Source: Bacteroidales bacterium
GTDB taxonomy: Bacteria; Bacteroidota; Bacteroidia; Bacteroidales; UBA7960
NCBI GenBank assembly: GCA_007129255.1
Contig: SKVW01000014.1
Location: 166 to 64,165 of the forward strand
DNA: 64,000 nucleotides
Direction of reading: 5' to 3'
Position numbers and translations under genes: made by a program. Shown here one piece after another: positions 1-9,968 of the stretch; position 1 is the stretch's first letter; every line of letters starts with the position of its first letter. The notes beneath the pieces are model-generated. The model saw only the letters and a list, made by a program, of their open reading frames with translations. It was not told where the DNA came from and searched no databases.

Positions 1-779
1 ATGGTAAGGGTACGGGTAACGGAAGTGCCGGGGATCAGTGAAAGGATAAAATTCTCGGGATCCACCAGGATCTGCGGCGCGAAAATTCCGCTCACCGTTA
101 TGTCATCAATATGCCAGGAGTTAATATTCCAGCTGTAGCCATCAAATACAAAGGACAGGTAAAAGGTTTCTCCGTCAACCATGGACAGGTCAACCATTAT
201 CTCCTCTATCTCTTCTTTTGGCAAATTACGGTTTGCAGCCTCAGGGTCCTGATCTCCGGTCTTGTCTGACTTTGCAATATGCTCCCAATGGGTGGTCCAT
301 ACCGCCCCGTCGGGAGATGTCTGCACCTTCAGTGAATAAGTTCCTGAATAATGATTTATGTGTTGCTTAAAAGCCATGGCCACCTGGCTAAATCCCCCTG
401 CGTCAATCAGCGGGGTAGTAAGCCTGAACACATCGGTGGCAGATGGAGAAAAATTAAAACGCATTTCCGGGGCTTCTCCACCCGCAAGGTTTGTATTCGA
501 GACTCCCCAGTTGGTGTGGGTACGCATCCAGCCTGCGGGAATTGCGTCTTCCTCTACTCCTGAGAAGTCTTCGAAAAAGATCACATTCTTGTCGCTTAAG
601 CGGGGGGTAAGGAATACAGCAGGATTGGTAACGGATGGGATAAGCTCCCGCTTCAGGGCAGCTTCATCGTTTTGCGGTTGGTCGGTAACTTTTGCCCCGG
701 TTTGCAGGATGGACTGCTGTGCGCTGGCCCATCCGGCCGAAAGCAGCAAGGCCAAAGTAAGGGTGAAAAGTGTTTTCAT
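1..779 (-). CDS. Secreted protein with choice-of-anchor J-like domain; its C-terminal part runs off the window at position 1
   Basis: Absent from the ORF track because it has no in-window stop. My reverse-strand translation from ATG 779-777 gives MKTLFTLTLALLLSAGWASAQQ (signal peptide), then an open frame to position 1. It contains FFEDFSGVEEDAIPAGW and YLSFVFDGYSWNINSWHIDDITV, motifs I associate with choice-of-anchor J / MAM-like surface domains. Confidence 0.7.
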   Translation of the reverse strand, partial: MKTLFTLTLALLLSAGWASAQQSILQTGAKVTDQPQNDEAALKRELIPSVTNPAVFLTPRLSDKNVIFFEDFSGVEEDAIPAGWMRTHTNWGVSNTNLAGGEAPEMRFNFSPSATDVFRLTTPLIDAGGFSQVAMAFKQHINHYSGTYSLKVQTSPDGAVWTTHWEHIAKSDKTGDQDPEAANRNLPKEEIEEIMVDLSMVDGETFYLSFVFDGYSWNINSWHIDDITVSGIFAPQILVDPENFILSLIPGTSVTRTLT

Positions 780-1377
780 GATGATTTAGATTTTGGGGGT
801 TGATGGTTATGGGTTCCGGGATTTTCCCGATGAGTATTGGATATAGTCCGCGGTTTTGCAAACAGATTAAGTTTCAAAGCAATAGAATAATGAAGGGGTT
901 ACGGATAGGGATCATTCCTTATCCCGCTTCATTCAGCCTGAAGCCAGCCTCATTATGGGCCGGCAAACAGTTTCCGGTGTACACACCTTTCCTGTTAGTC
1001 CAGAAGCCGTCGGCAAAAAAACCAAATGATTTAAAACAGTTAAATGAAGAAAGGTACAAATCCCGATATTTTGGCCCGGGGGCAGCCAAATGTGGACAAA
1101 ATCCGGATAACCCGGAGGGTCGGTAAACCTAGGGTAAGGGGTACCCTAAACACAAAATTTTAGCCTACTAAATTACAAAAAAACTCTATTAAAACATATA
1201 TCTGTTATAAATTAATGTTATTAGTAATCATTATAAATAAAAGCAGGTGAGAGGGTAACAGGATAGAAAGCGAACCCGTGATTGTTTGTTGCGGCAATAA
1301 TTGAAAAAAGAAGAGATATGGGAAAGTTAACAATGAGGGGACCCCTCTGATTAAAACCAATGGGTTTGTTAACAAAG

Positions 1378-1413
1378 AAAAAAGAGGCCCCCGTTAATGA
1401 TCCGGGAAGCCTC
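1378..1413 (-). terminator. Rho-independent terminator downstream of tRNA-Gln
   Basis: The minus strand reads GAGGC-TT-CCCG-GATCATTAA-CGGG-G-GCCTC followed by TTTTTTCTTTG, immediately 3' of the tRNA. Confidence 0.7.
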
Positions 1414-1421
1414 TTTTTACG

Positions 1422-1492
1422 TTGACCGACCAGGATTCGAACCTGGACAGACAGCTCCAAAAACTGTAGTGCTACCGTTACACCATCGGTCA
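1422..1492 (-). tRNA. tRNA-Gln (anticodon UUG)
   Basis: The minus strand reads TGACCGA TG GTGTAACGGTAGCAC T ACAGT TTTTGGA GCTGT CTGT CCAGG TTCGAAT CCTGG TCGGTCA A. It has a 7-bp acceptor stem, D arm, anticodon loop UU-UUG-GA and a GTTCGAATC T-loop. No CCA is encoded. Confidence 0.9.
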
Positions 1493-1509
1493 TTTTTGGT
1501 TTCGGAGGG

Positions 1510-1539
1510 CAAAGATAGAAAAATTATTTTTTTTGCCAA
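1510..1539 (-). promoter_or_regulatory. Bacteroidota-type promoter for tRNA-Gln (-33 TTG / -7 TATCTTTG)
   Basis: The minus strand reads ATTGGC-N-TATCTTTG. The -7 box is at 1517-1510, 18 nt upstream of the tRNA 5' end, and TTG lies 19 nt upstream of the TA. Confidence 0.5.
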
Positions 1540-1750
1540 TGTTTTTTTCAATATTTTACCTTTATGCGTGTTTTAAATATAATGGGAAATGCCGGGGAGT
1601 GAAAGTTTCTTTTGTGCCCGGCAATAATAGCCACAGGGGTTGTAAATGAATGTTAAAATCAGGGGGCATTGCGGTATTTTTTATAACTTCGCACCCGGTA
1701 AAAAAACAAGAGAAAAACCTTTTCAACTCCAAAACCAACAAACTTTTCCG

Positions 1751-4700
1751 ATGGAAGACCATTTGTATAAGAAGATCAACAACTATCTGGGTTGGGGCGC
1801 TTTTGCCTTTGCTGCCATTATGTTTATGATGACAGTGGAGCCCACGGTGAGTTTCTGGGATGCCGGTGAACGGATTGCGGTATCCTATAAGCTTCAGATC
1901 GGTCACCCTCCCGGTGCCCCGTTTTATCAGATGCTGGCGCGTATTTTCTCCCTGCTTGCCCTTGGAGAGGTGACCCGGGTGGCGTTTTGGATCAATATGA
2001 TGTCGGTTACTGCGGGAGCCTTAACGGTGATGTTCCTTTTCTGGACCATTAACATGCTGGGGAAAAAACTCATAGCTCCTGATGGTGAAATTACCCGCGA
2101 AAAAGCTTTCGCCATTTTTGGAAGCGGTATTGTCGGAGCCCTGGCCCTGGCTTTCAGCGATTCTTTCTGGTTTACTGCGGTGGAGGCCGAAGTGTATGTT
2201 ACTTCTCTTTTCCTTACGGCCTTTGTATTTTGGGTGATTTTAAGATGGGAAGCCGCACCGCATGAGAAAGATTCTTACAAATGGCTGGTGCTTATTGCAT
2301 ACATCGTTGGTTTGTCCATTGGGGTGCATATGCTCAACCTGCTGGCCATTCCTGCCATCGTTTTTGTTTATTATTTCAAGTATTACCACCCCACCAGAAA
2401 AGGCATTGTTTTTACGGGCTTTATTGCGATAGCCCTGTTGTATTTTATACAGTCTATCATTATCCCCGGTTTGCTCAACCTGGACTGGCAGTTTGAGCGC
2501 TTCTTTGTCAATACCCTGGGTTTACCGTTTCATACGGGTACCATTGCATTTTTCGTATTGCTGATCGCTGCCATTGTTTACGGCTTGTATTACACCCATA
2601 AACACAACAAGGTGGTGCTCAATACCATTATTCTGGCATTTACCTTTATTGTGATCGGGTATTCTTCCTTTTTCATGCTGGTGATCCGCAGCAACGCCCA
2701 GGTGCCCATCAATGAGAATGCACCAAAAGATGCCCTGGCCATGAAAGCCTACTTAGGCAGAGAGCAATACGGCGCCTGGCCGCTGCTGCACGGGCCTTAT
2801 TTCAATGCCCCTGCCATTGATGCGGAAGACGGAAACCCGGTATGGGGAAAGAACCGGGAAACCGGACGTTACGAGATCATCAATCCCCGCAAAGGTCTGG
2901 AGCCGGTTTATGACCCAAACTTCACCACCATTTTCCCGCGTATGTGGAGCAACCGCCAAAACCACCCTGCAGGATATGAACAATGGGGCAATGTCAGGGG
3001 AAGGCCAGTAAGGGTGACCCTGCCTGATGGTTCTACCGAAACCCGAAACCGCCCCACGTTCGGAGAGAACCTGAGGTTTTTCTTCTCCTACCAGGTGGGG
3101 CATATGTACCTGAGGTATTTTATGTGGAACTTTTCCGGACGTCAAAACGACATTCAGGGGCATGGCAGCCCCGTGGAAGGCAACTGGCTTACCGGAATAA
3201 AATTCCTGGACGAAATGCGGCTTGGGCCGCAGGATAACCTTCCCGAAAGCATGACCTCCAACAGGGGGTATAACCGTTATTACATGCTGCCCTTCATTTT
3301 AGGGGTGATCGGCTTCCTTTATCAGTTAAAACGACGACCGGACCATACCCTGGTGGTGGGGCTCCTGTTCTTTATGACGGGGCTTGCCATTATCATATAC
3401 CTCAACCAAACCCCATTCCAGCCGCGCGAAAGGGATTATTCCTACATCGGTTCATTTTATGCTTTTTCCATCTGGATTGGCCTTGGGGCCCTTGGGCTGG
3501 CCGATTATGTGATGCGCAAACTCAAAGAAAAGGGGGGGGACAAACCCCTGATCAACCCGAAGGTGGCTGCAGTGGCTACCCTGGCGGTCTGTCTTTTGCT
3601 GGTGCCGGTAAACATGGCCAAAGAAAACTGGAACGACCATGATCGTTCCGGCCGTTACACTGCCCGGGATGTAGCCATCAACTACCTGGAGTCCTGTGCA
3701 CCCAATGCCATTATTTTTACCAACGGCGACAATGACACCTTCCCGCTCTGGTATGCCCAGGAAGTGGAAGGCATCCGTACTGATATCAAGGTGGTAAACC
3801 TCAGCCTGCTCAACACCGATTGGTATATTGATAACATGGTAAGACGAAAAACCTATGATGGTAAACCTGTTCCTTTTTCCATGGAGACACCACAATACCG
3901 GGATGGTACCCGCGACTTTGTTTATCTTACCGACCGCTTGGAGGGGCACCAGAACCTGAAAGCCGTCATCGACTTTATTGCCGATGATTCACAGCGAACC
4001 CGTATTCGTACCGCCAGGGGTATGGAAGATTACAGCCCTACCCGCCATTTCCGCCTGCCTGTAGATTCTGCCAAAGTGGTGGACAACGGCACCGTGACCC
4101 CTGAAGATGCCCACCTGATCGTGGATGCCGTGGAATGGTCGGTCAACTGGCAGGGCCTGCAAAAAAACCATATGATGGCTTTTGATTTCCTGGCAACCAA
4201 CAACTGGGAACGCCCCGTTTACTTTGCCATTACCACAGGGGGAGACTCTTTCTTAGGCCTGGAAGATTATTTTCAGGTGGAAGGAATGGCCTATCGCCTG
4301 GTTCCCATCCGTTCACCCAGAATTGATGGTCAGCCCGGAAGGATCAATACCAGGATTTTGTATGATAACTTCATGAACAAGTTCCAATGGGGCAATATGA
4401 ATCAACCCGGGGTCTATTTGGATGAAGACAACCGCCGCCTGACAGTTAATTTCCGGAATACCGCCCAGCGCCTTGCCAATGCCCTGATAAAGGAAAATAA
4501 ACCCGATTCGGCCATTGCCGTGCTGGACAAGGCCATGGAAAAAATGCCCGAGTTCAATGTACCCTATAACTACTTTACCCTTTTGATTGCCGAAGCTTAT
4601 TATGATGCCGGTGCTCCTGAAAAAGCCAACCCTATAGTAGAGCGTTTGATCGACCTGTTTGAGCAGGACCTTGGCTACTATTTCTCTTTCAGGGGGCAAA

Positions 4701-4852
4701 GGGCCAACCTTGTTGAAAGCAAAAAGCAGGAAGCCCTGGCCATCATGCAAAGAATTAATCACGTTACCTCGGAAATGGAGCAGGATGAGCTGGCCGATAG
4801 GTCCGGAAGTATTTTTGATACTTATTATGATCTTTATGTAGGAGGATATTGA
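1751..4852 (+). CDS. DUF2723 / TMEM260-like multi-pass membrane glycosyltransferase with a C-terminal helical-repeat domain
   Basis: The track ORF is 1646..4852. I place the start at ATG 1751 (MEDHLYKKINNYLGWGAFAFAAIMFMMTVEPTVSFWDAGE), the N-terminus typical of this family. The first ~600 aa contain many hydrophobic segments, followed by a soluble C-terminal region. Confidence 0.75.
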   Translation: MEDHLYKKINNYLGWGAFAFAAIMFMMTVEPTVSFWDAGERIAVSYKLQIGHPPGAPFYQMLARIFSLLALGEVTRVAFWINMMSVTAGALTVMFLFWTINMLGKKLIAPDGEITREKAFAIFGSGIVGALALAFSDSFWFTAVEAEVYVTSLFLTAFVFWVILRWEAAPHEKDSYKWLVLIAYIVGLSIGVHMLNLLAIPAIVFVYYFKYYHPTRKGIVFTGFIAIALLYFIQSIIIPGLLNLDWQFERFFVNTLGLPFHTGTIAFFVLLIAAIVYGLYYTHKHNKVVLNTIILAFTFIVIGYSSFFMLVIRSNAQVPINENAPKDALAMKAYLGREQYGAWPLLHGPYFNAPAIDAEDGNPVWGKNRETGRYEIINPRKGLEPVYDPNFTTIFPRMWSNRQNHPAGYEQWGNVRGRPVRVTLPDGSTETRNRPTFGENLRFFFSYQVGHMYLRYFMWNFSGRQNDIQGHGSPVEGNWLTGIKFLDEMRLGPQDNLPESMTSNRGYNRYYMLPFILGVIGFLYQLKRRPDHTLVVGLLFFMTGLAIIIYLNQTPFQPRERDYSYIGSFYAFSIWIGLGALGLADYVMRKLKEKGGDKPLINPKVAAVATLAVCLLLVPVNMAKENWNDHDRSGRYTARDVAINYLESCAPNAIIFTNGDNDTFPLWYAQEVEGIRTDIKVVNLSLLNTDWYIDNMVRRKTYDGKPVPFSMETPQYRDGTRDFVYLTDRLEGHQNLKAVIDFIADDSQRTRIRTARGMEDYSPTRHFRLPVDSAKVVDNGTVTPEDAHLIVDAVEWSVNWQGLQKNHMMAFDFLATNNWERPVYFAITTGGDSFLGLEDYFQVEGMAYRLVPIRSPRIDGQPGRINTRILYDNFMNKFQWGNMNQPGVYLDEDNRRLTVNFRNTAQRLANALIKENKPDSAIAVLDKAMEKMPEFNVPYNYFTLLIAEAYYDAGAPEKANPIVERLIDLFEQDLGYYFSFRGQRANLVESKKQEALAIMQRINHVTSEMEQDELADRSGSIFDTYYDLYVGGY

Positions 4853-4943
4853 TCGGATGAGGTGCATTGGTGGTGTTGTCTAAAAAAAGAACCCTAATGT
4901 GCTAAAAAACAGGGATATTTTTTTACGTGTAAAAAAATTGTAT

Positions 4944-4951
4944 TACCTTTG
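4944..4951 (+). promoter_or_regulatory. -7 promoter box TACCTTTG upstream of rimP-nusA-infB
   Basis: Exact match to the Bacteroides TAnnTTTG -7 consensus, 73 nt upstream of the rimP ATG. Confidence 0.5.
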
Positions 4952-4977
4952 CGCAGAAATTAGAGTATGCCAATTAG

Positions 4978-5009
4978 AGAGGGGGCAATATCAAGTCCCC
5001 TCTTTTATT
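4978..5009 (+). terminator. Intrinsic-terminator-like hairpin in the rimP-nusA-infB leader (possible attenuator)
   Basis: AGAGGGG (4978-4984) pairs with CCCCTCT (4997-5003) around a 12-nt loop, followed by TTTATT. It lies between the -7 box and the rimP start. Confidence 0.5.
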
Positions 5010-5023
5010 GGGTATAAGTGATT

Positions 5024-5506
5024 ATGATTGACAAAAATAAGATAATAGCCATTGTAAATGAATTCCTTGAGGGCACGGATCTATTTCTGGTGAAGGTTTC
5101 CGTTAGCACGCAAAATAAGGTGTCTGTTTACCTTGATGGGGACAATGGGGTTAAGATTGAAGATTGCGTTCGGTTGAGCCGTCATATTGAGTCGTTTTTT
5201 GATCGCGACCGGGAAGATTATCAACTTGAAGTTTCCTCCGTTGGTGTGGGAACCCCCCTTACCCTGCTGCGACAATACCGCAATAATATTGGACGTAACA
5301 TTGCGGTTTTGGATTCCGACAATCAAAAAACAAGGGGTAAATTGCTGGAGGCTACCCCGGAAGGCATCACCCTTGAAAAAGAACCGTCCAAAAGCGGCAA
5401 AAAGAAAAAACAAAAAGAAACCGCAGAGCCGGCCAAAGACAGTAAGGTGTTTATACCTTTTGATCAAATAAAAGAAGCAAAAATACAAGTGTCTTTTAAA
5501 AAATAA
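5024..5506 (+). CDS. rimP: Ribosome maturation factor RimP
   Basis: The track ORF starts at GTG 5018; ATG 5024 gives MIDKNKIIAIVNEFLEGTDLFLVKVSV. Size, sequence pattern and position directly upstream of nusA-infB match RimP. Confidence 0.85.
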   Translation: MIDKNKIIAIVNEFLEGTDLFLVKVSVSTQNKVSVYLDGDNGVKIEDCVRLSRHIESFFDRDREDYQLEVSSVGVGTPLTLLRQYRNNIGRNIAVLDSDNQKTRGKLLEATPEGITLEKEPSKSGKKKKQKETAEPAKDSKVFIPFDQIKEAKIQVSFKK

Positions 5507-5548
5507 CTGTAGAATTAGGTTTAACTGCAAAAACAGCAAAAAAGAACA

Positions 5549-6784
5549 ATGGAAAGTATAAATCTGGTTGAATCGTTTTCCGAATTTAAGGAATTCAAAA
5601 ATATTGACCGCACAACCATGATGTTGATCCTTGAGGATGTTTTTCGCAACATGCTGCAGAAAAAATACGGATCATCAGAAAACTTTGATATTATTGTTAA
5701 TATCGACAAGGGAGACCTCGAGGTTTGGAGAAACAGGACCATTGTGGAAGATGGAGAGGTAGAGGATGAAAATGCCGAGATAGCTTATTCGGATGCCATC
5801 AAGATTGAGCCTGATTTTGAAATTGGAGAAGAAGTATCCGAACCGGTAAGAATGTCGGATTTTGGCCGCAGGGAAATACTTTCCATTCGTCAGAACCTGG
5901 CTTCAAAAATATTGGAGCTTGAAAAGGACAGTATTTATAAGAAATACCAGGAAAGGATCGGCGAACTGATCACTGCCGAAGTTTACCAGGTATGGAAAAA
6001 AGAGATCCTGGCCCTGGATGATGAAGGTATTGAACTCATCCTTCCCAAAACCGAACAGATTCCTTCTGACTTTTTCCGCAAAGGTGATACGGTGCGGGCT
6101 GTGGTTTCGAGGGTTGAAATAAAAAATAATAATCCCCTGATCATTCTCTCTCGGACATCCCCGATGTTCCTGGAAAGATTATTTGAGCAGGAAGTCCCGG
6201 AAATATATGACGGGCTGATCACCATAAAAAACATTGTAAGGGTTCCCGGAGAACGGGCCAAGGTGGCCGTAGAATCCTATGATGACCGCATCGACCCGGT
6301 TGGAGCCTGCGTGGGAATGAAAGGGTCAAGAATTCATGGGATTGTAAGGGAGTTGCGCAACGAAAACATCGATGTGATCAACTACACCACCAATCCCAAC
6401 CTTTTTATATCCCGCTCGCTCAGCCCGGCAAAGATCAACTCCATCAACATTGATGAAGAAAACAAACGTGCCGAGGTTTTTCTTAAACCCGACCAGGTTT
6501 CCCTGGCCATCGGGAAAGGGGGATTTAACATCAAACTTGCAGGAAGCCTTACGGGTTATGAGATTGATGTGTATCGGGATGCCGAAACCGATACCGAAGA
6601 TGTGGATATCGAAGAATTTGCCGATGAAATTGAAGAGTGGATTATCCAGGAATTGAAGAATATAGGCTGTGATACAGCCAAGAGCGTACTTAACCTTACA
6701 GTGGAAGATCTGGTCAACCGAACCGACCTGGAAGAGGAAACTGTTCAGGAGGTTATGCGTATACTAAAAGCAGAGTTTGATTAA
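5549..6784 (+). CDS. nusA: Transcription termination/antitermination factor NusA
   Basis: 411 aa. It has an S1-like segment and tandem KH motifs (GACVGMKGSRIHGIVRELRNENIDVI; LAIGKGGFNIKLAGSLTGYEIDV) and sits in the conserved rimP-nusA-infB order. Confidence 0.95.
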   Translation: MESINLVESFSEFKEFKNIDRTTMMLILEDVFRNMLQKKYGSSENFDIIVNIDKGDLEVWRNRTIVEDGEVEDENAEIAYSDAIKIEPDFEIGEEVSEPVRMSDFGRREILSIRQNLASKILELEKDSIYKKYQERIGELITAEVYQVWKKEILALDDEGIELILPKTEQIPSDFFRKGDTVRAVVSRVEIKNNNPLIILSRTSPMFLERLFEQEVPEIYDGLITIKNIVRVPGERAKVAVESYDDRIDPVGACVGMKGSRIHGIVRELRNENIDVINYTTNPNLFISRSLSPAKINSINIDEENKRAEVFLKPDQVSLAIGKGGFNIKLAGSLTGYEIDVYRDAETDTEDVDIEEFADEIEEWIIQELKNIGCDTAKSVLNLTVEDLVNRTDLEEETVQEVMRILKAEFD

Positions 6785-6847
6785 TTTATGTAATTTTGCA
6801 CGATTTTTCACCTGTTTAGGAATAATTTTTGAAACCTAAATCTTAAT

Positions 6848-9829
6848 ATGACTGAAGGTATTAAAGTTAAACGATTAAGTAAAGTTGCCCGGGAATTCAA
6901 CTTAGGCACCAGCACCCTGGTTGAATTTCTTAAGAAAAAGGGATTTTCTGTTGACAATAACCCCAACACGAAGATCTCACAGGAGGCCTATGACCTTCTG
7001 CTAAAAGAATTCCAAGGGGAAAAGTCCCTGAAAGAGGCAACTCAGAAAGCCGGCCTGAATCTTATTAAGAGAGAGCGCATTTCTTTGGATCAAAAAGAAA
7101 GCGAAACCACAGAAGACAGCTCCAAAGAAACCGACCAGGAAGCTGCAGAAAAAGAAGATAAGGAGCTTTTCATCAAAGGGCACAAAGCCCCTGAACCCGA
7201 AATCGAAGAGAAAAAACCCAAGGCCGGGGATGAAGAAGTGGATCTGCCCGGGCCCAAAGTAGTGGGCAAACTTGATCCTGAAGAAAAAGGAAAGAAAAAA
7301 GAAAAAGCAGAAAAACCTGCAACCCAGCCTGAAAAGAAAGCGCCGGAAAAAACGGAACCTGAAGAGCCCGCGAAGGAAAAAGCTGAGAAAGCCCCTTCAG
7401 AAGAAACCCCTGAAGAAGAAAAAAAGGAACCGGCTGATGGTAAATTAAAGATTTTAGGCAAGATAGACCTTCCCGAATCCAGGACAAAGAAAAAAGCGAA
7501 AAAGCAGGAACCTGCCGCCAAAGGAGAAGAAGAAAAACCCAAGCCCAAAAAAGAGCCTTCCAAAGCAGAGGAAAAAGCCAAAACAGAAGAGAAAGACCAG
7601 AAGAAGGAAAAAGAAGTTGCTGCTGAGAAAGAAAAGAAAGTACCGGAATCCGCCGCAAAAGAAGAAAAAAAGGAAGAAGACATTTACAAAACCCAGATCA
7701 AAAAGCTGGAAGGCCCGACCATTTTAGGTAAAATGGATTTACCTTCCCCGAAAGAATCTTCCAAAAAACCTGTTGCCTCTTCGTCCGATCCATCCAAGTC
7801 CAAACGGCGCAAACGTAAGCGGATCAAAAAAGACAAACCGGTTGAAACCCAGGCACAGCAGAGGCCAACCAAACAGGAAGGCAAAAAACCAAAACGTGGT
7901 CGTAAAGAGCAGGCGAAACCCGAACTTACCGAAGAGGAAATTTCCAAGCAGATACGGGAAACCCTTGCCAGCCTGAGTGGTACAGGGAAGTCTAAAGGGG
8001 CGAAGCATCGCCGTCTGAAGCGCGAAATCTACCAGCAGCAGAAAGAGAAAGAAATGGAGCAATCCGAAACAGGACATAAGGTGATCCAGGTTACCGAGTT
8101 TGTCTCTGCTTCAGAGCTGGCCAACCTGATGAATGTGTCCGTTAATGAAATTATCTCCACTTGTATGACGCTTGGGTTATTTGTTTCTATCAACCAGCGA
8201 CTGGATGCCGAAACCATTACCATTGTGGCCGATGAATTCGGATATGAAGTGGAATTTGTGAGCGTGGATGCCCAGGAAGTGGTGGAAGAGGAAGAAGACC
8301 GCCCCGAAGACCTTGAAGACCGGGCCCCCATTGTAACGGTCATGGGACACGTTGACCATGGTAAAACTTCTTTGCTCGACCAGATCAGGCACACCAATGT
8401 AATTGCCGGCGAGGCAGGAGGCATAACCCAGCATATCGGTGCATATTCTGTAGAACGTGATAACGGAAAATCCATTACTTTTCTGGATACCCCGGGTCAC
8501 GAAGCTTTTACGGCCATGCGTGCCAGGGGAGCCAAAGTCACAGACGTGGCCATTATTGTGGTGGCGGCCGACGACCACGTGATGCCCCAAACCGTAGAGG
8601 CCATCAACCATGCCCAGGCCGCTGGAGTCCCCATTGTAATCGCCATCAATAAAATGGATAAGCCCGGCGCCAATGCCGAGAAAGTAAAAGAAGACCTGGC
8701 CAACATCAACATTCTGGTGGAAGATTGGGGCGGTAAATACCAATGCCAGGAAATTTCGGCTAAAGAAGGACTTAATATTGAAAACCTGCTTGAAAAGGTA
8801 TTGCTGGAGTCAGAGATCCTGGAGCTCAAGGCCAATCCATCCAAAAAAGCTTCCGGTACCGTTATTGAATCTTCTTTAGACAAAGGACGGGGATATACCT
8901 CTACCATACTGGTGCAAAATGGCACCCTGCGGGTCGGCGACATAGTGGTGGCCGGAACCACCCAGGGTAAAGTCAAAGCCATGTTTAACGAAAGAGGCCA
9001 CCGGATTAAGGAAGCCGGCCCCGCCACTCCCGTACTCATCCTTGGATTGGATGGCGCTCCCCAGGCCGGAGACACGTTTAATGTGATGGAATCGGAACAA
9101 GAAGCTAAAAACATCACCAACAAACGGCAGCAGCTTTTTCGTGAACAAGGTCTAAGAACCCAGAAACATATTACCCTGGATGAAATTGGTCGCAGGATTG
9201 CCATTGGCGACTTCAAAGAACTCAATGTGATTGTTAAGGGTGATGTGGACGGTTCGGTGGAAGCACTGGCCGATGCCATGCTGAAACTTTCTACCGAAGA
9301 AGTGCAGGTTAATATTATCCATAAGGCTGTTGGACCCATTACAGAAGGAGATGTGCTGCTGGCTTCCGCATCCAACGCCGTTATAGTTGGATTCCAGGTA
9401 AGGCCCTCGCTGGCTGCACGTAAGCTTGCCGAACAGGAGCAGATCGATATCAGGCTTTACAGCGTGATTTACAATGCTATCAATGAGATCAGATCGGCCA
9501 TTGAAGGAATGCTCTCTCCCGAGATTGAAGAAAAGATCACCGCCAACCTTGAAGTGCGGGATGTGTTTAAGATCACAAAAGTGGGAACCGTTGCCGGATG
9601 TAAGGTGCTCGATGGAAAAATTCACCGCAATGCCAGCATCCGCCTTATTCGCGACGGGATTGTTATCTATACCGGCGAACTGGGCTCTCTTAAGCGCTTC
9701 AAAGATGATGTGAAAGAGGTCTCTTCAGGATATGAGTGCGGACTGAATATTGAAAAATTCAACGATATAAAAGTCGGGGATATTATCGAAGCCTTTGAGA
9801 CCGTGGAGGTGGCAAGAAAACTGGATTAA
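6848..9829 (+). CDS. infB: Translation initiation factor IF-2
   Basis: 993 aa. The N-terminal region is K/E/P-rich and low-complexity, followed by a GTPase domain ([24 protein letters not shown]) and the IF-2 C-terminal domains. Confidence 0.95.
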   Translation: MTEGIKVKRLSKVAREFNLGTSTLVEFLKKKGFSVDNNPNTKISQEAYDLLLKEFQGEKSLKEATQKAGLNLIKRERISLDQKESETTEDSSKETDQEAAEKEDKELFIKGHKAPEPEIEEKKPKAGDEEVDLPGPKVVGKLDPEEKGKKKEKAEKPATQPEKKAPEKTEPEEPAKEKAEKAPSEETPEEEKKEPADGKLKILGKIDLPESRTKKKAKKQEPAAKGEEEKPKPKKEPSKAEEKAKTEEKDQKKEKEVAAEKEKKVPESAAKEEKKEEDIYKTQIKKLEGPTILGKMDLPSPKESSKKPVASSSDPSKSKRRKRKRIKKDKPVETQAQQRPTKQEGKKPKRGRKEQAKPELTEEEISKQIRETLASLSGTGKSKGAKHRRLKREIYQQQKEKEMEQSETGHKVIQVTEFVSASELANLMNVSVNEIISTCMTLGLFVSINQRLDAETITIVADEFGYEVEFVSVDAQEVVEEEEDRPEDLEDRAPIVTVMGHVDHGKTSLLDQIRHTNVIAGEAGGITQHIGAYSVERDNGKSITFLDTPGHEAFTAMRARGAKVTDVAIIVVAADDHVMPQTVEAINHAQAAGVPIVIAINKMDKPGANAEKVKEDLANINILVEDWGGKYQCQEISAKEGLNIENLLEKVLLESEILELKANPSKKASGTVIESSLDKGRGYTSTILVQNGTLRVGDIVVAGTTQGKVKAMFNERGHRIKEAGPATPVLILGLDGAPQAGDTFNVMESEQEAKNITNKRQQLFREQGLRTQKHITLDEIGRRIAIGDFKELNVIVKGDVDGSVEALADAMLKLSTEEVQVNIIHKAVGPITEGDVLLASASNAVIVGFQVRPSLAARKLAEQEQIDIRLYSVIYNAINEIRSAIEGMLSPEIEEKITANLEVRDVFKITKVGTVAGCKVLDGKIHRNASIRLIRDGIVIYTGELGSLKRFKDDVKEVSSGYECGLNIEKFNDIKVGDIIEAFETVEVARKLD

Positions 9830-9872
9830 CACCTGTATCGGTTTCGGCTTTTTTGCTCATTAAGAATCACAC

Positions 9873-9906
9873 CGGCCATTGAACCCATTCAATGGCCGTT
9901 TTTTTA
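9873..9906 (+). terminator. Rho-independent terminator after infB
   Basis: CGGCCATTGAA (9873-9883) pairs with TTCAATGGCCG (9888-9898) around a 4-nt loop, followed by a T-run (TTTTTTT). Confidence 0.85.
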
Positions 9907-9968
9907 TAAATCTGTTTCAACTTTCAAAGGGATTTTATAAATTCACATAAAATTTAAAAAGCGGTACC

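Noticed and set aside
358-1126. Plus-strand ORFs 351-563, 358-789 and 800-1126
   Set aside because: The first two lie antisense to the signal-peptide-bearing minus-strand gene that runs off the window. The third lies in that gene's upstream region and its translation shows no protein-like features.
1221-1493. 90-aa minus-strand ORF starting at the tRNA
   Set aside because: Its 5' part is the tRNA-Gln gene and terminator, so it is not coding.
7100-7700. Repetitive GAAAAAGAA/AAAGAAGAA-type sequence, considered as a tandem repeat or array
   Set aside because: It is in frame within infB and encodes the K/E/P-rich N-terminal region typical of IF-2. There is no repeat-spacer periodicity.
8497-9375. 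292-aa minus-strand ORF, plus other antisense ORFs at 7090-7683, 7173-7658, 7684-8077, 8029-8743 and 9152-9625, all inside infB
   Set aside because: They lie antisense to an unambiguous IF-2 gene. Their translations are Ser/Ala/Phe-rich low-complexity mirrors of the K/E-rich sense strand and carry no motifs.
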